DNA from: a bacterium
GTDB taxonomy: Bacteria; Desulfobacterota; DSWW01
Assembly (NCBI GenBank): GCA_040756235.1
Contig: JBFLZG010000081.1
Span: 1 to 64,000 of the forward strand
Length of the DNA: 64,000 nt
Direction: 5' to 3'
Shown here: positions 59,842-64,000 of the stretch, one piece after another
Position numbering within the stretch: position 1 is the first letter of the stretch
Layout of the letters: each line of letters begins with the position of its first letter
Translations under genes and position numbers: made by a program
The notes under the pieces: model-generated
The model's input: only the letters and a program-made list of their open reading frames with translations
Told to the model about the DNA's origin: nothing
Database searches by the model: none

Positions 59842-60125
59842 GGCTCGTCCTGCCCATCCAAGCGCCGTTTGTGGAGGTCTCCAAGAGCTGCCGCACATCC
59901 GGGCAGCTTTCCCGGCTTGGCGCCCCGCCGTGGGTCAGACGCCACAGGCCCAGGCCCATTTTGAGGCTCCGCATCTTACTACATGGCGCCAAAGAGAACA
60001 AAGATCTATGGGGTTTGGATGCTTTTGTGTATCCCATAACTTTTTTCTTGTATCTTCGAGCTACCTCAAACTAGACTGAATTCCAGCCGATGGACCATCC
60101 TTCTCTGCAAGGGAGGAAACCGCCC

Positions 60126-61133
60126 ATGTTCAGGAGAAATCTTCTTCCTATTTGGGCTGGGATCTTGGCGCTTTCCGGCATCTTTCTCATGGGGCAAGAC
60201 CAAACTTGTTATGCACCACAATGCATAGACAATGATCTGGACGGCTACTACGCGATTGATCCGGCCTGTTGTCCTGAAGGTGACGACTGTGATGATGGCA
60301 ACGCCAACGTGTATCCAGGAGCACCGGAGCTTTGCGACGGAACGGACAATCACTGCCCCGGAGACGCCGGTTACGGAGAGGTTGACGAAGGATACCCGAT
60401 GATCTGTATTCCTGGAGACTGCTTCCAGATGGGGGACTCTAGCGACTCATGCAACTATGGTCTCGACGAATGCCCGGTTCACGAGGTCTGCATTTCCGCG
60501 TTTGAGATGGACTTTCATGAGGTGACCAACGCCGAATATGGCGAGTGTGTGACCGACGGCGCGTGCACGGCCCCGCTTCATTCATACAGTTACACCAGAC
60601 CTTCCTATTACGGAGACCCCGCTTACGCCAACTTCCCGGTGATTTGGGTTGACTGGTATCAGGCAAGCGCCTATTGCGAATGGGCAGGGAAGCGGCTGCC
60701 CACGGAGGCAGAGTGGGAGTACGCAGCCAGGGGAGGGTTGGCTGGGAAGAGGTACCCTCGAGGAGACCTCATAGACTGCGATGATGCGAATTATGGGAGG
60801 TGGGATGCTTCCTCCGAATGCTGGGATTTTGGAGGGCTGGCAAATGATACCCATCCGGTAAAGAGCTACATCGCAAATGGATACGGGCTCCACGACCTGG
60901 CTGGGAATGTCTGGGAGTGGGTCAGTGACTTTTATGATCCAGAATATTATCAGCACTCTGTCGTTCAGGACCCGCCTGGCCCAGATATCGGCACTGCTCG
61001 CGTTCAGCGCGGCGGTTCCTGGGACTGCATTGCCGCAGATCTCCGAGTGGCCAATCGTGAAGACGACCTTCCCACAGACGCTGATGTCAACCGTGGGTTC
61101 CGCTGTGCCCGTGGCGGGGCGTATGGGCCTTAG
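60126..61133 (+). CDS. Exported FGE-sulfatase (CLec-fold) protein with Cys/Asp metal-binding repeat
   Basis: DNDLDGY...DCDD...PGAPELCDGTDN; EVTNAEY, RLPTEAEWEYAARGG, NGYGLHDLAGNVWEW, RGGSW, GFRCA. Confidence 0.85.
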   Translation: MFRRNLLPIWAGILALSGIFLMGQDQTCYAPQCIDNDLDGYYAIDPACCPEGDDCDDGNANVYPGAPELCDGTDNHCPGDAGYGEVDEGYPMICIPGDCFQMGDSSDSCNYGLDECPVHEVCISAFEMDFHEVTNAEYGECVTDGACTAPLHSYSYTRPSYYGDPAYANFPVIWVDWYQASAYCEWAGKRLPTEAEWEYAARGGLAGKRYPRGDLIDCDDANYGRWDASSECWDFGGLANDTHPVKSYIANGYGLHDLAGNVWEWVSDFYDPEYYQHSVVQDPPGPDIGTARVQRGGSWDCIAADLRVANREDDLPTDADVNRGFRCARGGAYGP

Positions 61134-61281
61134 TCATTTCCGCCCTGGACCCAGGGTTTCTGAGCCTACCCCATTGTAATGGAAGGCTGAGCACCCTGTG
61201 GGACTGGCCAAGATTCCGGCCGGGCCGATAATGTGCCCCTGGCTCCCAACTGAACAAGTTCTCCAACGGAGGAAACAACCC

Positions 61282-62250
61282 ATGTTCAGAACACATCTCC
61301 TTCCGATTTGGGTTGGGATCTTGCTCCTCTCTGGCATGTTTCTGATGGGGCAGGAGACGTGGCCGCCCCAAGGACCGACAAGTCCCGTCCCGGATACAGG
61401 CATCACCGAGTGCTCTGACAATACACAGGGGATATCATGTCCCTCTCCGGGGGAACCTTTTTTTGGGCAGGATGCACAATATGGTCCTAACGTGATGTCT
61501 TTCACAGACAATGGGAATGGAACAATCACGGATAACGTGACTGGTCTTATGTGGCAAAGGGAGGACGATGCCACAACCAGAACCTGGTCTGATGCGATCT
61601 CCTATTGTGATTCCTTAGTCCTGGGAAGTTACACAGACTGGCGCCTTCCAAACGTGTACGAAATTGAGAGCATCGTGGACTACAGTAGCTACAACCCGGC
61701 CATAGACCTCTTCTATTTCCCTGGGACAAATTCGAGCGGGTTTGTGTATTATTGGTCGTCGTCTTCTGACGCTCTTCACCCCGAACGCGCCTGGTTTCTT
61801 TACTTCCTCGATGGTGACATTGGCAGCATCGAAAAGTCCCATAACTACTATGCACGGTGTGTGCGGCGTGGCTCAACCACAAAATCCTTCATTGAGAACG
61901 CTAATGGGACAGTAACAGACACCTCCACCGGTCTTATGTGGCAAAAGGAAGACGACGACGTTTTGACAAGAGATTGGGAAGGAGCCCTGGAATATTGCGA
62001 AAGCCTTTCCCTCGCAAATCACACAGACTGGAGGCTACCGAACATCAAGGAACTGAGCAGCATTGTGGACAACACGAGGTACAACCCGGCCATAGACCTC
62101 TTCTATTTCCCTGGGACAAATTCCTGCGGGTACCTTTCCTCATCTACGCACGCCCTGTACCCCACCCACCTATGGTTTTTAGATTTCTTTGGCGGCGAAG
62201 TCCGAAGCCAGAGTAAGATCGGTACAATCCCTGTCCGGTGTGTGCGTTAG
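61282..62250 (+). CDS. Exported protein with two DUF1566 domains
   Basis: PDTG...GQDAQY; twice NGTxTDxxTGLMWQ...DWRLPNxxE...RCVR. Confidence 0.85.
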   Translation: MFRTHLLPIWVGILLLSGMFLMGQETWPPQGPTSPVPDTGITECSDNTQGISCPSPGEPFFGQDAQYGPNVMSFTDNGNGTITDNVTGLMWQREDDATTRTWSDAISYCDSLVLGSYTDWRLPNVYEIESIVDYSSYNPAIDLFYFPGTNSSGFVYYWSSSSDALHPERAWFLYFLDGDIGSIEKSHNYYARCVRRGSTTKSFIENANGTVTDTSTGLMWQKEDDDVLTRDWEGALEYCESLSLANHTDWRLPNIKELSSIVDNTRYNPAIDLFYFPGTNSCGYLSSSTHALYPTHLWFLDFFGGEVRSQSKIGTIPVRCVR

Positions 62251-62436
62251 CATCGGAGAATACTACCTGAGCCACACCCTAACATTCGCCTTTATGACTG
62301 TCGGAGCCTGTTCGACAGTCCGCCCAATGAAATCGTCCGGAAGGACGTCTCCCCCAGACATGACGATGATGAGCCCGGGAGGATCAAAGATGATTTCCGT
62401 CTTTGAAAGCTCACGGAAAATTCAGCTGATGTAGAT

Positions 62437-62970
62437 CTACTTATAGGGAATTAGATACGCAGCACTACCGCGATAGTCGGGATGGCCCGCCCCCCCTGGT
62501 GGGGGCTTTCCGTCCGGTTCGAACATCAGGGTTCCAGAGATTTTCTCGTATCGCCAGCTCTCCTGGAACTTTATGCCCTCAGGGATGTCCTTGAGCTGCT
62601 GGAGCCGATTAGCATGAGCGGCTAGAGTTTCTCGTAGCGATACTAAATGTGGCTCTAAAGACTTCTGGAGGTCCAACCCAATACTCTCTCTCGACTTTGC
62701 CACCTCCTCTTGACCAGCATCCCGGATTGCTTTAAGAGCAGCCACCTTCGCTTCGACAAGGTCACTTGCTGTCTCCATCGCTTCTTTCAGATCAAATTGC
62801 AGCTTGATCCCAAAGAGACCAAGAATACCTGCGGCCACCCCAACTGCGTAAAGCCAATGGTAAAGTCGATCCATCCTCTTCTTCAGGCTCTCCATTTCCC
62901 TCCTCAACAGCTCAACCTCTTCTGTGCTGTTGTCTGACTTGTTCATCGCTAGTTCTACCTCCTCATTCAT
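62437..62970 (-). CDS. Hypothetical coiled-coil protein with one TM helix
   Basis: 177-aa ORF with WLYAVGVAAGILGLFGI helix flanked by heptad-like segments. Confidence 0.55.
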   Translation of the reverse strand: MNEEVELAMNKSDNSTEEVELLRREMESLKKRMDRLYHWLYAVGVAAGILGLFGIKLQFDLKEAMETASDLVEAKVAALKAIRDAGQEEVAKSRESIGLDLQKSLEPHLVSLRETLAAHANRLQQLKDIPEGIKFQESWRYEKISGTLMFEPDGKPPPGGAGHPDYRGSAAYLIPYK

Positions 62971-63203
62971 TCTGCACTAGAGTCTTCTTCCCAGGGCAAG
63001 AGAACCTCTCATGCCGCTCTGTCAAGAATGGCCCCTTTCTGTGGGTGGACGGCTAACGTTCCAATCTCGTGCGTCCTCACCGACGATCAAACCGGTCAGG
63101 AGCCGTTGAACGAACTCCTCATTCCCGAGCCGCGTAGCCGCCCGTATCTAATCTGGTCGTGGCAATACCATCTCACCCCCGGCAGTCAGCGCAAGTTTTC
63201 CGC

Positions 63204-63785
63204 TTAGAGTTCGAGAGACCACGTAGAGACGAACCGACAAACTGGCAACCGCGATTCCCGCCGTACAGTTTCAAATCCTTGGTGCACCACTCCTTCGTTA
63301 AGGCCGAGGAACACGAAACAAGCATGAGAAAGATAGGCAAAACCATGAATACCCCGTCCCAAGAGCAGGGTCAGCTTCCCTTCCAATTGGGCTCGCTCAC
63401 GCCCACGGGCCAGCGATTGGTCGAAGACCGCCGTGAGGGATTCCGGGCGGGCATTGACGATTTCTACGAGTTCATCAACGAAAACGTATGCGGCGCAATT
63501 CGACTTCCCTTTGCGGTCGACCCTAATTCCAATATCCGGATCTAAGAAAACATGGCCAGAATGTGACAGGGCTGAGGTGAGATAGACATGCCTATCTACC
63601 TTCGGACCAACAAGATTCGCCGACAGAATCGGGACGCCAAGGAACCGGGAGAAGGCGGAGGCTTGTTCTGCTGAAACCGCTTCTGTGAACATGGGGTGAA
63701 CTGCCCAATTACCGAGCGGGCAAACCCATCGGAGGAGGCTCTGCTTGACGATATCGTACGAGTCCCCGAAGAACCGCAATCTCAT
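63204..63785 (-). CDS. Hypothetical protein
   Basis: MRLRFFGDSYDIVK...HVFLDPDIG; protein-like composition. Confidence 0.65.
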   Translation of the reverse strand: MRLRFFGDSYDIVKQSLLRWVCPLGNWAVHPMFTEAVSAEQASAFSRFLGVPILSANLVGPKVDRHVYLTSALSHSGHVFLDPDIGIRVDRKGKSNCAAYVFVDELVEIVNARPESLTAVFDQSLARGRERAQLEGKLTLLLGRGIHGFAYLSHACFVFLGLNEGVVHQGFETVRRESRLPVCRFVSTWSLEL

Positions 63786-64000
63786 CTCACGGTGTCCACT
63801 CCTGTCGAACAGCTCCACTCACCCGCGGGACGCGCAGGCGGCCGGCTGACCCAACTCGTAGTCAGCTGTCCGAACCCGCGGTCACCCTGGGCCTCCTCCC
63901 TCGCTACCGATCGGGCCCTGAACAACGACCGTCTGCGCGATCTGAATAAAGGCAACGCCTCGGTGATTCTCGATTATCTTGAAGGCTGGCGTGGCGCCGA

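Noticed and set aside
63040..63200. Possible integron attC site (GGCTAAC...GTT) between short minus-strand genes
   Set aside because: No convincing L-box pairing, no second similar site and no integrase in the window
1..64000. CRISPR arrays, tRNA, rRNA, reverse transcriptase, integrase
   Set aside because: None recognised by eye in this window

Overview
GC-rich bacterial DNA whose gene content suggests a deltaproteobacterial-type organism (inference). Bases 1-34 kb are mostly core or metabolic genes: a HAD hydrolase and an Fe-S flavoprotein bracketed by two inverted MITE copies; a sigma-54-promoted TolQ/TolR operon with an atypical TonB/TolA-like transducer, a TPR protein and a secreted protein; rfbC; a ThDP lyase/formyltransferase/acyl-CoA ligase neighbourhood; a fluoride riboswitch directly upstream of a dynamin-like GTPase; a RHH-PIN toxin-antitoxin pair; copZ-copA; and parE and parC split by a CoaD-CoaE fusion gene. 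From 34 kb onward the DNA is largely accessory: a truncated IS5-like element, a MEDS histidine kinase and a TPP riboswitch with thiC. These are followed by a ~16 kb minus-strand defence island (SNF2-DUF3883 helicase, YhcG nuclease, DUF4062-HATPase, PHP-ATPase, DUF1156 methylase, MNT-HEPN, DUF499 ATPase), decayed HTH regulators, a SLOG protein and two CLec-fold exported proteins that share a duplicated 'FLMGQ' leader. The best candidates for undescribed biology are the fluoride-switched dynamin, the sigma-54 Ton/Tol-like envelope machine and the nested defence island. All family calls come from motif recognition by eye; no searches were run.
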